Shown here: positions 38,055 through 47,303 of the stretch, piece by piece
Layout: each line of letters begins with the position of its first letter
Position numbering within the stretch: the first letter of the stretch is position 1
Assembly: GCA_965228735.1 (NCBI GenBank)
Contig: OZ245838.1
Coordinates: forward strand, 5,568,001-5,632,000
Length of the DNA stretch: 64,000 nucleotides
Reading direction: 5' to 3'
DNA from: Planctomycetota bacterium
GTDB lineage: Bacteria; Planctomycetota; UBA1135; UBA2386
Made by a program: the position numbers and the translations under genes
The notes under the pieces: model-generated
Databases searched by the model: none
What the model was told of the DNA's origin: nothing
Seen by the model: the letters and a program-made list of their open reading frames with translations, nothing else

Positions 38055-40727
38055 TCAGCGGGCCCACTCGGGCGGCAGCCGGATCGGGACCGTCGTGGTC
38101 TGACCGGCGGCGATGGCCGCGGTTCCGATGGTGACCCAGTGCGATCCGAGCGGATCCTCGAGGCCGCGGGCGCGGCCCTCCTGCCAGGCCGCGCGCCACG
38201 CCTCGTTCGACATCAAGCGCTTGGGGAGGGTGCGCAGGGTCACGTTCCTGGCGATCACTTCCTGCTCGGTCACGCCGGCCTCGTCGGTCGGTGGCAGTGA
38301 GTCGCCACCGGGTTCGAGCTGCACCGAGAGGCCGGCCACGGGTTTGCCGTCCGGGCCCGAGACTTCGAGTCGGAGGCTGCCGGTCGTGATCTCGAACGTC
38401 TGTCGCGTCGTCTGGCCGCGGACGATCGTGACCGTCGCCATGCTCTTGAAGCTGATCCAGCGGTCCCCGACCGACCTGCCGATCCGGAGGGGGTAGGTGC
38501 CGGGTCGGGTCTGCAGCGTGAACCGACCTTCGGCGTCGGTCTTGGCGACCTCCGATCCGCGGTCGCCGTCGAGCAGAACGCGGTCGTTGGCCCACGGCGC
38601 ACCGTTGAGGGTCACCACGCCTTCGAGAGTGCCCGGCAGGATCGCGGCCAGATCGAGATCGATCTCGGTGCGTTGGCCCGAGCGCAGCGTGACCGTACCG
38701 GCGGCGATGGGGTACGTGACGCGGGTCGACTCGCGCACTCCCACCGCGTTGACGACGACGTCCCACTCGCCGGGTGGGGCGCCCGACAGCACGAAGGTAT
38801 CGTCCTCGCGGATGCGGGTGCCCCGATCGGTGATCTGTCCGGTTTCCGGTGGCGGATAGGTCTCGTCGCCGCGCTTCAGCTGCAGCGTCGGTTTGCGGCG
38901 GTCCTCGAACGGTTGCCCGGCCGCGGTCTTCGCCAGCCGCCGGATCTCGTCGAGGACCTCGGTCGAGGTGACCCGGGCCAGGAGCTCCGCTCCCGGGTCC
39001 ACCGTCACGACGAAGTCAGTCGACTCGTCGAGCCGAACCGCCTCGAACTCCTGGGCGACGTGCCCCGGGCCAGGAAGCTGCACACCGACCGGTCGACTGC
39101 CGGGGCCGCGCAGAACGTACTCCCCCTTGCTGTCCGTCGTCCCGTTCGCGAGCACCATGATGTTGTCGTTCTGCGAGTTGATGAGCCAGTGCGAGCGCTC
39201 CATCACGTAGCGGCGCGGCCCGAAGCCGCCGCCGAACATCTCACAGAGGATCACGCGTGCGTCCGCGACCGGCTCACCGTTCGGGGTTCGGAGACGGAGC
39301 GTTCGCGCGATGGTGCGAGAGGCCCGCAGGTCGAGCCGCGTGTCGCGCGTCGCGTCGAGCGTGAACTCCTCGGTCAGCAACTCGAACTGCGCGGAGGCCG
39401 GGAAGTCGATGAAGAGCAGCCAGCTGCCGGCGGTCAGGCCAGCGACCTTGGCCGTGCCGTCCTCGTACGGACCGGTGGCCTTCACTTCGGCGTCCTGCGA
39501 GCTGAATCGATTCCGGCCGCGCGGGATGAGCCGCACGCTGTAGCGATCGATCGGCGCGTCGTCGGGATCCGTGATTCGGATCGTCAGGGTCGCGGCGGGA
39601 GAGAGCCGGAGTTCGATGCCCTGCTGGTTGACCTCGTATTCGGCTGCGGTCGTGAGGGGCTCGAACCCGTCGGCGTCGACGTTCAGCGTGATCTTGCCCG
39701 CGGTTCCGGAGTTCGTGCGGAGGCGCAGAGCGAAGGTGCCGTCACGCTTGGAGCTACCGTGCAACCAGGCGCCGTTGGTGCTGTGACCTTGGATCCTGGC
39801 GCGGGGAACCGGCTGACCGCGTTGGTCGACGACGCGGCCCGAGATCGTGTCGACCTCGGTCATCGGCTTCACGACGACACGCACGTCGGCTTCGGGCTCG
39901 CTCGCTTTGAGTTCGATCGGCGCCTCGTCCACGAGCTCCCGGTCCCGCACTCGGATCGTATACGTCCCAGGCGTCAGCCAGCCTCGCATCTCGAACGCAC
40001 CGTTCGGGCTCGTTCGGGTCTGCGAGCCCCAGCGCGGTCGGATCTCGCCGGTGATGGGGCTGGAGTCGCCAGTGTGGCTGAACGTCACGGTGGTCTCCGC
40101 GAGTGCCGCGCCGCTCGTCTCCACGACGTGACCGCGCACCCTGACCCCGGGTGTTACGGCGATGTCGCCGAGGTCGGTCGTCGAGCCCGGTTCGAGGCGG
40201 CCCCAGCGCGCCGACAACGCGCCGCAGCCCCGGCGTCGGACGTCGAGCGCGAACTGGAACGGCGGCGGCGGCCAGAAGCGGAACTCGAATCTGCCGTCGC
40301 TGGCGGTCGTGATCGCTGTCGGGTCCTCCCAAGCCGGCATCTCGTCGTGATCCCGGAGCCACTCGTCTTTCCGCCCCTGGTTGGCACCCCAACCATGCAG
40401 GTCGACGAGAGTGTCGGCCAGAGGTTGCCCGTCGGCATCGACGCAGCGACCCCGAACGATCGCGACGGGGCCGGTGAGCGCCGACGGGTCGGGCTCGGCA
40501 ACGGTGCGGTCCGGTGCGGGGGTCTCGTCGACCGCGGCCGGCTCGTCGTTCGCGACGCTCCTTGCCGCAGCCTTCGCCGCCGTCGGGCTGGGCGCAGCGT
40601 GATCGGTCGAGGTGTCGGTCGCGGCGTTGGCGGGGTGAGTGACGGCCTGGTCGGCAAACCACCAGATGCCGAGCGTGAACGCGATCGCGATGGCCAGCAG
40701 CGCGGTGAGGATCTGGCGTGGGTTCAT
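38055..40727 (-). CDS. Membrane-anchored protein with tandem carboxypeptidase-regulatory-like domains
   Basis: N-terminal TM, Pro/Ala linker and repeated GR.VD..G.P / T..DG.F units; GGAG RBS. Confidence 0.8.
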   Translation of the reverse strand: MNPRQILTALLAIAIAFTLGIWWFADQAVTHPANAATDTSTDHAAPSPTAAKAAARSVANDEPAAVDETPAPDRTVAEPDPSALTGPVAIVRGRCVDADGQPLADTLVDLHGWGANQGRKDEWLRDHDEMPAWEDPTAITTASDGRFEFRFWPPPPFQFALDVRRRGCGALSARWGRLEPGSTTDLGDIAVTPGVRVRGHVVETSGAALAETTVTFSHTGDSSPITGEIRPRWGSQTRTSPNGAFEMRGWLTPGTYTIRVRDRELVDEAPIELKASEPEADVRVVVKPMTEVDTISGRVVDQRGQPVPRARIQGHSTNGAWLHGSSKRDGTFALRLRTNSGTAGKITLNVDADGFEPLTTAAEYEVNQQGIELRLSPAATLTIRITDPDDAPIDRYSVRLIPRGRNRFSSQDAEVKATGPYEDGTAKVAGLTAGSWLLFIDFPASAQFELLTEEFTLDATRDTRLDLRASRTIARTLRLRTPNGEPVADARVILCEMFGGGFGPRRYVMERSHWLINSQNDNIMVLANGTTDSKGEYVLRGPGSRPVGVQLPGPGHVAQEFEAVRLDESTDFVVTVDPGAELLARVTSTEVLDEIRRLAKTAAGQPFEDRRKPTLQLKRGDETYPPPETGQITDRGTRIREDDTFVLSGAPPGEWDVVVNAVGVRESTRVTYPIAAGTVTLRSGQRTEIDLDLAAILPGTLEGVVTLNGAPWANDRVLLDGDRGSEVAKTDAEGRFTLQTRPGTYPLRIGRSVGDRWISFKSMATVTIVRGQTTRQTFEITTGSLRLEVSGPDGKPVAGLSVQLEPGGDSLPPTDEAGVTEQEVIARNVTLRTLPKRLMSNEAWRAAWQEGRARGLEDPLGSHWVTIGTAAIAAGQTTTVPIRLPPEWAR

Positions 40728-40884
40728 TTCGCAGCTCTCCGACCCGCATGGTAGCGCCGGGCGTCAGCTCCCGTGAAGGCCCGGCGCCAACGCGGCCACG
40801 GCGCTCCGGATCCCACCCTGGGATCCCGGGATCAAGCTCGACCCTTGCGGATCTCGAAAGGCGCTGCAACTGGAGAAGACCACC

Positions 40885-41055
40885 ATGAGCAAGAAGAAGG
40901 ACAACAAGAAGGGCAACAAGGGCAAAGGCGGGTTCGGCAAGTTCCTCGTCGTCGCCGTCGTCGTGATCGTCGGGGGCGGGGCCGCGGCCTGGTTCCTGGC
41001 GCCCGACCAGGTGCAGGCGCAGCTCGACAGCCTGAAGTCGATGCTCGGCATGTAG
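40885..41055 (+). CDS. Small Lys-rich single-pass membrane protein (56 aa)
   Basis: Below the ORF-track cutoff. GGAG RBS; MSKKKDNKKGNKGKGGFGKFLVVAVVVIVGGGAAAWFLAPDQVQAQLDSLKSMLGM*; strongly GC3-biased codons. Confidence 0.7.
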   Translation: MSKKKDNKKGNKGKGGFGKFLVVAVVVIVGGGAAAWFLAPDQVQAQLDSLKSMLGM

Positions 41056-41105
41056 CCGGCTCTGCTGCGCATGAGTTCGGGCGCCCGTTGTGGTATGCCC
41101 GGGGC

Positions 41106-41840
41106 ATGCGCGCGCTACTCGCAGCCTCGTTCCTCGTCACCGCCTGTGCGCCTTTGCCCGATGGGGCGGCCACGCTTCGGGACGCGTCGACGTACACGCT
41201 CGTTCTCCTGCGCACCGGACCGCGGGCAGAGCCGCTCTCGCGAGAGGAGAGCGCGCGCCACTTCGCCGGCCACTTCAGCAACATGGGGCGGCTCGCGGAG
41301 GCCGGCGACCTGCTGCTGGCCGGGCCGTATGGCCGGCAGAAGTCGGCCGACGATCTGCGCGGCATCTTCGTGCTCGCGACGGCGGACCGCGCGCGGGCGC
41401 GCGAGCTCGCGGAGACCGACCCGTGCTTCCAGGCGGGGATCTTCCGCTTCGAGTATCACGACCTGACGACCGCGTTTCCGCTGCGCGAGTGCGCCGAGTA
41501 CGACAAGCGTCGGCGCGCCGCGGCGGCAGCGTCGGGCAAGCCGATGCGGCCGGGCGATGGCGCGCGCAGCTACGTTCTCGTGACGGTCGCAGACCGGGCC
41601 CGCGCCGGCAAGCTGTTCGGGCACGAGAACGTCGTGCTGCGGGCCGATCTGGATGGCGGCGGCGGTCTCGTGCTGCTCGACAGTTCGGACCACGCGAGCG
41701 CGAGCGCGATGCTCGCGCCGTTCGCCGGCGAACTCGGCGAGCATGGCGTCGACGAGTGGTTCGGCACCGACGCGCTCGTCGGTGCCCGCCGCGCGCGCGC
41801 CGAGGTCGAAGCCGCTGCCGCCGCGGTCGGCGGTCAGTGA
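41106..41840 (+). CDS. YciI-like lipoprotein
   Basis: Lipobox LVTA-C; Y.LVLL..GP, GHFSNM.RLAE.G.L.LAGP, RGIF, ETDP..QAG. Confidence 0.7.
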   Translation: MRALLAASFLVTACAPLPDGAATLRDASTYTLVLLRTGPRAEPLSREESARHFAGHFSNMGRLAEAGDLLLAGPYGRQKSADDLRGIFVLATADRARARELAETDPCFQAGIFRFEYHDLTTAFPLRECAEYDKRRRAAAAASGKPMRPGDGARSYVLVTVADRARAGKLFGHENVVLRADLDGGGGLVLLDSSDHASASAMLAPFAGELGEHGVDEWFGTDALVGARRARAEVEAAAAAVGGQ

Positions 41841-41870
41841 CTCCGCGGACCCAGGGCTGTGGATTCCGGG

Positions 41871-43772
41871 CTAAGGCGTGATCGTGATCGCGACCGCGTT
41901 GGTCGCGCCCGCGAAGCCGGTCGCGTCGACGAGCACGGCCGCGAAGTGACCGTTCGATGGCCACAGCAGCCCGCCGGTCGGCAACGTGAACGTCGCGTGA
42001 CCGATTCCGGCCGAATCGAGCGTGCCGAAGAAGCCGCCGAACATCGCGCCGTTCAAGAGCGACAACCCGAGCTGGGTGTGGAAGTCCTGGTTGAGCGGCA
42101 CGGTCGTGCCCGGCGCGAGCGTCGTGCCAGGCGTCGTGCCGGAGCAGCCCCATGCGACCAGGTAGAGCGTGCCGGGTGCGGCGCACGGGGCGACGACCGT
42201 CGGATGCAGCGCGCCACCCGCGCCCGTCGAGATGCTCGCGGCATCGAACGGGTAGACCAGCGGGTCGTCGAACTCGAGCTTGCTGAAGCACGGCCCGCCC
42301 TGTTGGACGAGCGCGATCAAGCGCGTGTTGTCGTTCTCGTTGGTTTCGAGCACGGCGTTCGCCCGGTCGGCGACGGCGGTGATGAAGTGCACCCCGGGCG
42401 CGAGGCGCCACGGTGCGTCGGCGACGTGCGCCAGGGCCTGCTGCTGGTTGGCCTGCAGCCCGGTGATCGTCGCGCTGCCGAGATAGACGTCGTTCGGCGA
42501 CCAACTCTGCGTCGCCGAGAGGAAGAACTCGACGTCGAACGACGCTGTCGCGGGGCCGGCGTTGTCCACCGTGTAGTTCAACGTCATCGTCTCGCCGGGC
42601 GAGACGTAGACGTCCTGGATCGACATCATCGGGATCGACAGTTGGGCGGCGGTCGGGTCGACGATGTCGAGGGTCCAGCTGTGCTCGTGCACCATGACCG
42701 CGGCCGGATCGACGCGAACGATGCTGGTGTTGTCGAGCACGCGGCACGTCACCGTGTGCTGGCCGAGCGCGAGTCCCGTCGTGTCGACGTTGTGGCTCGT
42801 CGTCGTCGCGCCAGGGATGACCTGGCCGTCGAGTTCCCACTCGAGCGTCGGCGCGTTGGCGATCGGCACGAAGTGGGTGAACGAGAACGCCTGCATGGCG
42901 CCGACGTTGACCTGCACCACCTGGTTCGCCGGCGTCGTCGAGTCGATCGCCTGGCAGATCGAGTTGGTCACCCGAGCGATGTTCTCTTGACAGACCGCGC
43001 AGAGCGGCTGGCCGAGCGAGCGCATCAGGCAATTGATGCGCGGGCGGTAGAGCCCGAACTGGTTGTAGCCGGCACCCTGATAGGCGCTCGAGCTGATGCC
43101 GCCCGTGCCCCACCAGTGCGACCACTTCTGGCCGGACGGTGACTTCGTGATGTTGACCTGGTTGGGCTCGGGGCCGGTGTAGGTCTGGCCCGCGTACTCG
43201 TACTCGTCCGCGAGCTGCCCGAGGCTGTGCCCGAGTTCGTGGATCTGCACCTGCGACATCTGCGCGCCGGTGTAGCTCACCGCGAACTGACCCGCGCAGC
43301 CGCCGTAGCGCGTATCGTTGACCATGACGAGCACGCGGCCCTCGGTCGCGGGCGCGAGGGCCGCGTCGGCGAGCGCCTGGGACGCGTTGCCGATGTAGAG
43401 GCAGCGCGGGGTGCCGCCCGTGTTGTACGACGCGTCGTAGACGGTGTTGCGGTAGATCGGCGGGCTGGCGTCCGGATGGTCGGCGCCGCTCTCGGCGCTC
43501 GCGCGGAACACCGTGTGCACGTTGTAGTACGACGCGAACGTCGAGTACGGCGGCGTCGCGAACAACGCCGCGAGGAACGTGGTCACGTCGCTGTCGAACT
43601 TGTTCTGCTCGAACGACTGGTAGCCGTCACCGAGGATGACGATGTCGTAGCGGGTCGACGTCGAGCCGTTGCTCAAGACGGTGTTGACGGTCTGCGCGGG
43701 CAGCGCCGAGCCCAGAGGCAAGGCGGAGGCGAGCAAAACGCCGACGGAGCACAGCATGGTGCGCGCGTTCAT
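41871..43772 (-). CDS. M64 family metallopeptidase with Ig/CARDB-like domains and C-terminal module
   Basis: DIVILGDGY, PYS....YNV, S.ESG, HELGHSLGQLADEY zinc motif, YQGAGY, CLMR, C.VC; CARDB-type D..N.V.E.NE.DN. Confidence 0.9.
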   Translation of the reverse strand: MNARTMLCSVGVLLASALPLGSALPAQTVNTVLSNGSTSTRYDIVILGDGYQSFEQNKFDSDVTTFLAALFATPPYSTFASYYNVHTVFRASAESGADHPDASPPIYRNTVYDASYNTGGTPRCLYIGNASQALADAALAPATEGRVLVMVNDTRYGGCAGQFAVSYTGAQMSQVQIHELGHSLGQLADEYEYAGQTYTGPEPNQVNITKSPSGQKWSHWWGTGGISSSAYQGAGYNQFGLYRPRINCLMRSLGQPLCAVCQENIARVTNSICQAIDSTTPANQVVQVNVGAMQAFSFTHFVPIANAPTLEWELDGQVIPGATTTSHNVDTTGLALGQHTVTCRVLDNTSIVRVDPAAVMVHEHSWTLDIVDPTAAQLSIPMMSIQDVYVSPGETMTLNYTVDNAGPATASFDVEFFLSATQSWSPNDVYLGSATITGLQANQQQALAHVADAPWRLAPGVHFITAVADRANAVLETNENDNTRLIALVQQGGPCFSKLEFDDPLVYPFDAASISTGAGGALHPTVVAPCAAPGTLYLVAWGCSGTTPGTTLAPGTTVPLNQDFHTQLGLSLLNGAMFGGFFGTLDSAGIGHATFTLPTGGLLWPSNGHFAAVLVDATGFAGATNAVAITITP

Positions 43773-44320
43773 CGGCCACCTCCCGCGAGGTCGTGCACGC
43801 GCAGCGCGGTCGAGCTGCCGACGACGACGTCGCCGTGCAGCAGGACGTAGTTCGTCGCGCCTTCGACGCAGGGCACGCTGGCGAGCAGACCGACGCGCGC
43901 ATCCTTGACCATGCAGCCCTGCACCTGCACGCCCTTGCCCTGCCGCTCCGGTCGCAGGTCGAACGCGGACAGGTCGAGCGGCACCTGCTGCAGCTCGGTG
44001 CCCTTGCCGTCGCGGATCGACAGTCGCCAGTCGCTGCGCAGACCCTTCGGCACGCCGCCCCAACCGGCCTCCTTGTGGCTCGCGTGGGTGATCGCGAGCC
44101 CGGTGCGGTCGCCTTCGATCACCAGCACGTAATGGCCGGCCGCGGGCAGCGTGACCGGCGGCGTCACGGCCGGCTCTGCGATCGGCGTCGCGACCGCCGG
44201 GGTCGCGGTGGCGGCCGCCCGATCGTGAGTCCGCTCCGGACGGTTGCCGGCGTCGGCCACGAAGAAGGTCGCCACGACCGCGCAGAGCGCCGTGGCACCG
44301 ATCCAATGGAGTCGTTGCAT
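43769..44320 (-). CDS. Hypothetical exported protein translationally coupled to the M64 peptidase
   Basis: Start ATG 44320 with a hydrophobic N-terminus and Pro/Ala linker. Its stop overlaps the M64 start (ATGA). Confidence 0.7.
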   Translation of the reverse strand: MQRLHWIGATALCAVVATFFVADAGNRPERTHDRAAATATPAVATPIAEPAVTPPVTLPAAGHYVLVIEGDRTGLAITHASHKEAGWGGVPKGLRSDWRLSIRDGKGTELQQVPLDLSAFDLRPERQGKGVQVQGCMVKDARVGLLASVPCVEGATNYVLLHGDVVVGSSTALRVHDLAGGGR

Positions 44321-44390
44321 GGGGGTGGAGGGGCGGACCCGAGAAGTATAGCGAGTGGAAACGGCCGCGGCCTCACGCCAGCATGGCCGG

Positions 44391-45509
44391 ATGAACTTCA
44401 CGGGGGACTTCACCGGCCACGCCATCTTGGCTCCGCTGACCAAGGGCGGCAATCTGCCGTTTCGGCGGCTGTGTCTGGCCCATGGCGCCGTGGTCACGAT
44501 GGGGGAGATGGCGTATGCGCGTCAGATCGTGCGGCGCAGCCGCAGCGAGTTGCCGCTGCTGCGTAAGCATCAGGATGAGACGTGCTTCGGGGTGCAGCTC
44601 GCCGCCGTCAAGCCGGACGAGGCCGTCAAGGCCAGCCTGACGGCGGTCGAGCAGGGCGCGAGCTGGATCGACATCAACTGCGGCTGCCCGATCCGCGACG
44701 TCGTGCGGCGCGGCATGGGCGCCGTTCTCATGCGCAAGTCGGGCGCGCTCGGTCGGCTCGTCGAGGCGATGACCGCGGCGCTGCCCGTGCCGGTGACGGT
44801 CAAGCTGCGGCTCGGCTGGTCCGAGAGCTACACCGTGCACGAGGTCGCGCGCATCGCGGAGGAGGCCGGAGCCGCGGCGATCGGTGTGCACGGTCGCACG
44901 CGCGAGCAGCGTTATTCCAAGGCCGCCGACTGGGACGCGATCGCCGAGGTCGCGGCCGCCCGTTCGGTGCCGGTCATCGGCAACGGCGATCTGTTCACGT
45001 TCTACGAGGTCGAACGGCGGTGGCAGGAGAGCGGCGTCGCGTCGGTCATGCTCGGGCGCGGCGCGCTCATCAAGCCGTGGATCTTCCGCGAGATCGCCGA
45101 GGGGCGCGCGATCGAGCCGGACGCGCGCGAGCGGCTCGGCATCGCACTGGAGCTCGCGGGCTACATGAAGGCGCACTTCCGCGACGACGAGAAGGGGCGG
45201 GAGCGGGCCATGCGCTTCCTGCCCTGGCACCTCGGCTTCTTCTGCCGTTACCGCCCGTTCCCGCGTGACGAGTTCGAGGCGGAGTCACGCGAGCATCCGT
45301 TGATGCAGACACGGCAGAGCGACCCCGACGACCTGCCGGTGCTCGAGCGGCTGCTGCGCGATCCGCGCGACGAAGTGCACGAACGGCTGGCGGCGCTGCT
45401 GCTCGATGCGGTCGATCTCGACGGCGCGGTTGCGGGGGCCGAGGCGCTAGCGGTCGAGCTGCCGCCCGAGAGCGGCGAGGCGGGCGAGGTCGCGACCGCG
45501 CACGGGTGA
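44391..45509 (+). CDS. tRNA-dihydrouridine synthase, Dus3-like
   Basis: LAPL, GEMA, FGVQL, IDINCGCP, VTVKLRLG, HGRTREQRY, IGNGD, GRGALIKPWIF. Confidence 0.9.
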   Translation: MNFTGDFTGHAILAPLTKGGNLPFRRLCLAHGAVVTMGEMAYARQIVRRSRSELPLLRKHQDETCFGVQLAAVKPDEAVKASLTAVEQGASWIDINCGCPIRDVVRRGMGAVLMRKSGALGRLVEAMTAALPVPVTVKLRLGWSESYTVHEVARIAEEAGAAAIGVHGRTREQRYSKAADWDAIAEVAAARSVPVIGNGDLFTFYEVERRWQESGVASVMLGRGALIKPWIFREIAEGRAIEPDARERLGIALELAGYMKAHFRDDEKGRERAMRFLPWHLGFFCRYRPFPRDEFEAESREHPLMQTRQSDPDDLPVLERLLRDPRDEVHERLAALLLDAVDLDGAVAGAEALAVELPPESGEAGEVATAHG

Positions 45510-45530
45510 ATGATTGCCGGAGGATCGGTG

Positions 45531-45875
45531 ATGAGTACGAATCGCGAAGTGGATGAACGACCGAGCTACCGACCCGCGGCGCGCGGACTGCTGTTCGGAT
45601 TGGCCGCGACCGGTCTGCGACTCGGCGCGATCGGGACGATCTTCCTGTTCTTCCTCACGCAGGACGGTGGTTTTCGACCCGATGTCACGCGGATGGCCAT
45701 CGCGCTGCTCGTGCTCGATGCCCTCGCCGTCACATGCGCGCTGATCGGGGTCGGCTACAGCGCGATCGCGTGGCATCGCGGTGCGCGCGGCGCGCAGGTG
45801 TGGTTCGCCTGGGTATTCAGCGTCGTCGGCGTCGTCGGGCGGATCGAGACGTTCTCCTACGCGTCGCTCGGCTGA
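45531..45875 (+). CDS. Small membrane protein (3 predicted TM)
   Basis: GGAGG RBS before ATG 45531; three hydrophobic segments. Confidence 0.55.
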   Translation: MSTNREVDERPSYRPAARGLLFGLAATGLRLGAIGTIFLFFLTQDGGFRPDVTRMAIALLVLDALAVTCALIGVGYSAIAWHRGARGAQVWFAWVFSVVGVVGRIETFSYASLG

Positions 45876-45905
45876 GCGTCGGCAGGCCTCGGTCGCGACT
45901 GCCGG

Positions 45906-47303
45906 TCAGTCCACGAGGGTGAGCGCGAAGACGCCCGGGTCGCCCGTGCGGACCGCGGCCTGCAGCGCCATGGATCGATCGATCGCGCGCGCCGCGTAGC
46001 CGAACGGCAGCGTCGGGCCATCGAGATCGACCCAGCGCGGGCGCGCGGCCCGACGATCGACCTCGCAGCGGACCCGGCCGACGAGGTCGCGGTCATTGGT
46101 CGCGCTCGCGAGCGCGGCGAGGTTGGTCGCGGCGGGAACGTACGACGGCGACACCTCGAGCGCGCGGTGCAAGAGCCGCCAAGCGGTCTCGCCGCCCTCG
46201 TTGCCCTGCCATCGCAGCGTCGCGAGCGCGAGCAGGTTGAGCGTGCGCGGATCGTCGGGCGCGAGGTGGTTCGCCGCGAGTGCGGCAGCGGCGATGTTCT
46301 CGCCCGGGGCCCAGGTGAGCAGCATCGCGACCGCGCGACCGAGAACGCGATCCGCTTCGCTGCTCTGCGGTCGGCCGGGGCCGGGTCGTTGCAGCACGTT
46401 CTGAAGGTCGCCGATGCGGCGCCCGAGGCGGTGATCCTGCACGCGGCGATGGCCCGCGGCCGCGATCCGTTCCCGGCGGTCGTCGTCGCCGAGCAGATCG
46501 ATGACCACCTGCTCGAAGTCGTCGTCGTCGTAGAGCACGCACTCCTCGTCGGGCTCGAAGAAGTCGCGCACCTCGAGGTTGTCGCGCTCCATCATCAGCA
46601 CGGCGCCGCAGGCCGGCACCTCGAAGCCGCGCAGGTTCATCTCGCCGCGAATGCTGCGATTCCAGCCGATCTTGCAACGGTTGAGGAACTGGCCGTAGGC
46701 CCGGCCGAACTGACCCGACACGAGTTCCGCGCCAACGCCACGGTTGCCGAGGTCGCGCACGCGGTCGAGCCACGGCGCGCGTTCACGCTGCACCGCCGGG
46801 TTGAGGTTGCCCGCGAACCCGATGTCGATGTCGCGCGTTCGGATCTCCGGCATCCGGTGGTGGAACGGCCGTTTGTGGGCGTACTGGCACCAGTAGCGCA
46901 CGTCGGCGAACGACAGATTGGCGAACAGCTCCTGGCCTGCGCGGTCGCACAGGATCGTGTCGAAGAACGGCCACAGGCCCGCGATGTACGGCAGCGCGAG
47001 GTTGTAGTCGGAGATCACGCCGACGATCGGCACGGGGCAGTGTTCGAGGCCGGCCGGCAGCGGTTCCTGGTCCGGCCAGTAGATCAGGATGAGATCGGGG
47101 ACGAACCCCGCTGGCAGCTTCCGTTCGAGCTCGTCCCAGCTGCCCGCCGACGGGTCGAACTCGACGTCGTACGGGAAGTGCACACCGTCGACCATCATGC
47201 GATCGGCGGGGCCGTACGTGACGAGTTCGATGTCGGCGAGCGCCTCGCGTTCGTCGAAACACTCGAGCGGCAGGTTGCAGAGGATGCGCACCGCTCCGCT
47301 CAC
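45906..47303 (-). CDS. Glycosyltransferase (CgeB/Glyco_trans_1_2-like) with helical C-terminus
   Basis: RDIDIGFAG, KIGWNRSIRGEMNLRGFEVPACG, FFEP..E.VLY, R.RIA.AG..RV. The start overlaps the upstream stop. Confidence 0.85.
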   Translation of the reverse strand: MSGAVRILCNLPLECFDEREALADIELVTYGPADRMMVDGVHFPYDVEFDPSAGSWDELERKLPAGFVPDLILIYWPDQEPLPAGLEHCPVPIVGVISDYNLALPYIAGLWPFFDTILCDRAGQELFANLSFADVRYWCQYAHKRPFHHRMPEIRTRDIDIGFAGNLNPAVQRERAPWLDRVRDLGNRGVGAELVSGQFGRAYGQFLNRCKIGWNRSIRGEMNLRGFEVPACGAVLMMERDNLEVRDFFEPDEECVLYDDDDFEQVVIDLLGDDDRRERIAAAGHRRVQDHRLGRRIGDLQNVLQRPGPGRPQSSEADRVLGRAVAMLLTWAPGENIAAAALAANHLAPDDPRTLNLLALATLRWQGNEGGETAWRLLHRALEVSPSYVPAATNLAALASATNDRDLVGRVRCEVDRRAARPRWVDLDGPTLPFGYAARAIDRSMALQAAVRTGDPGVFALTLVD

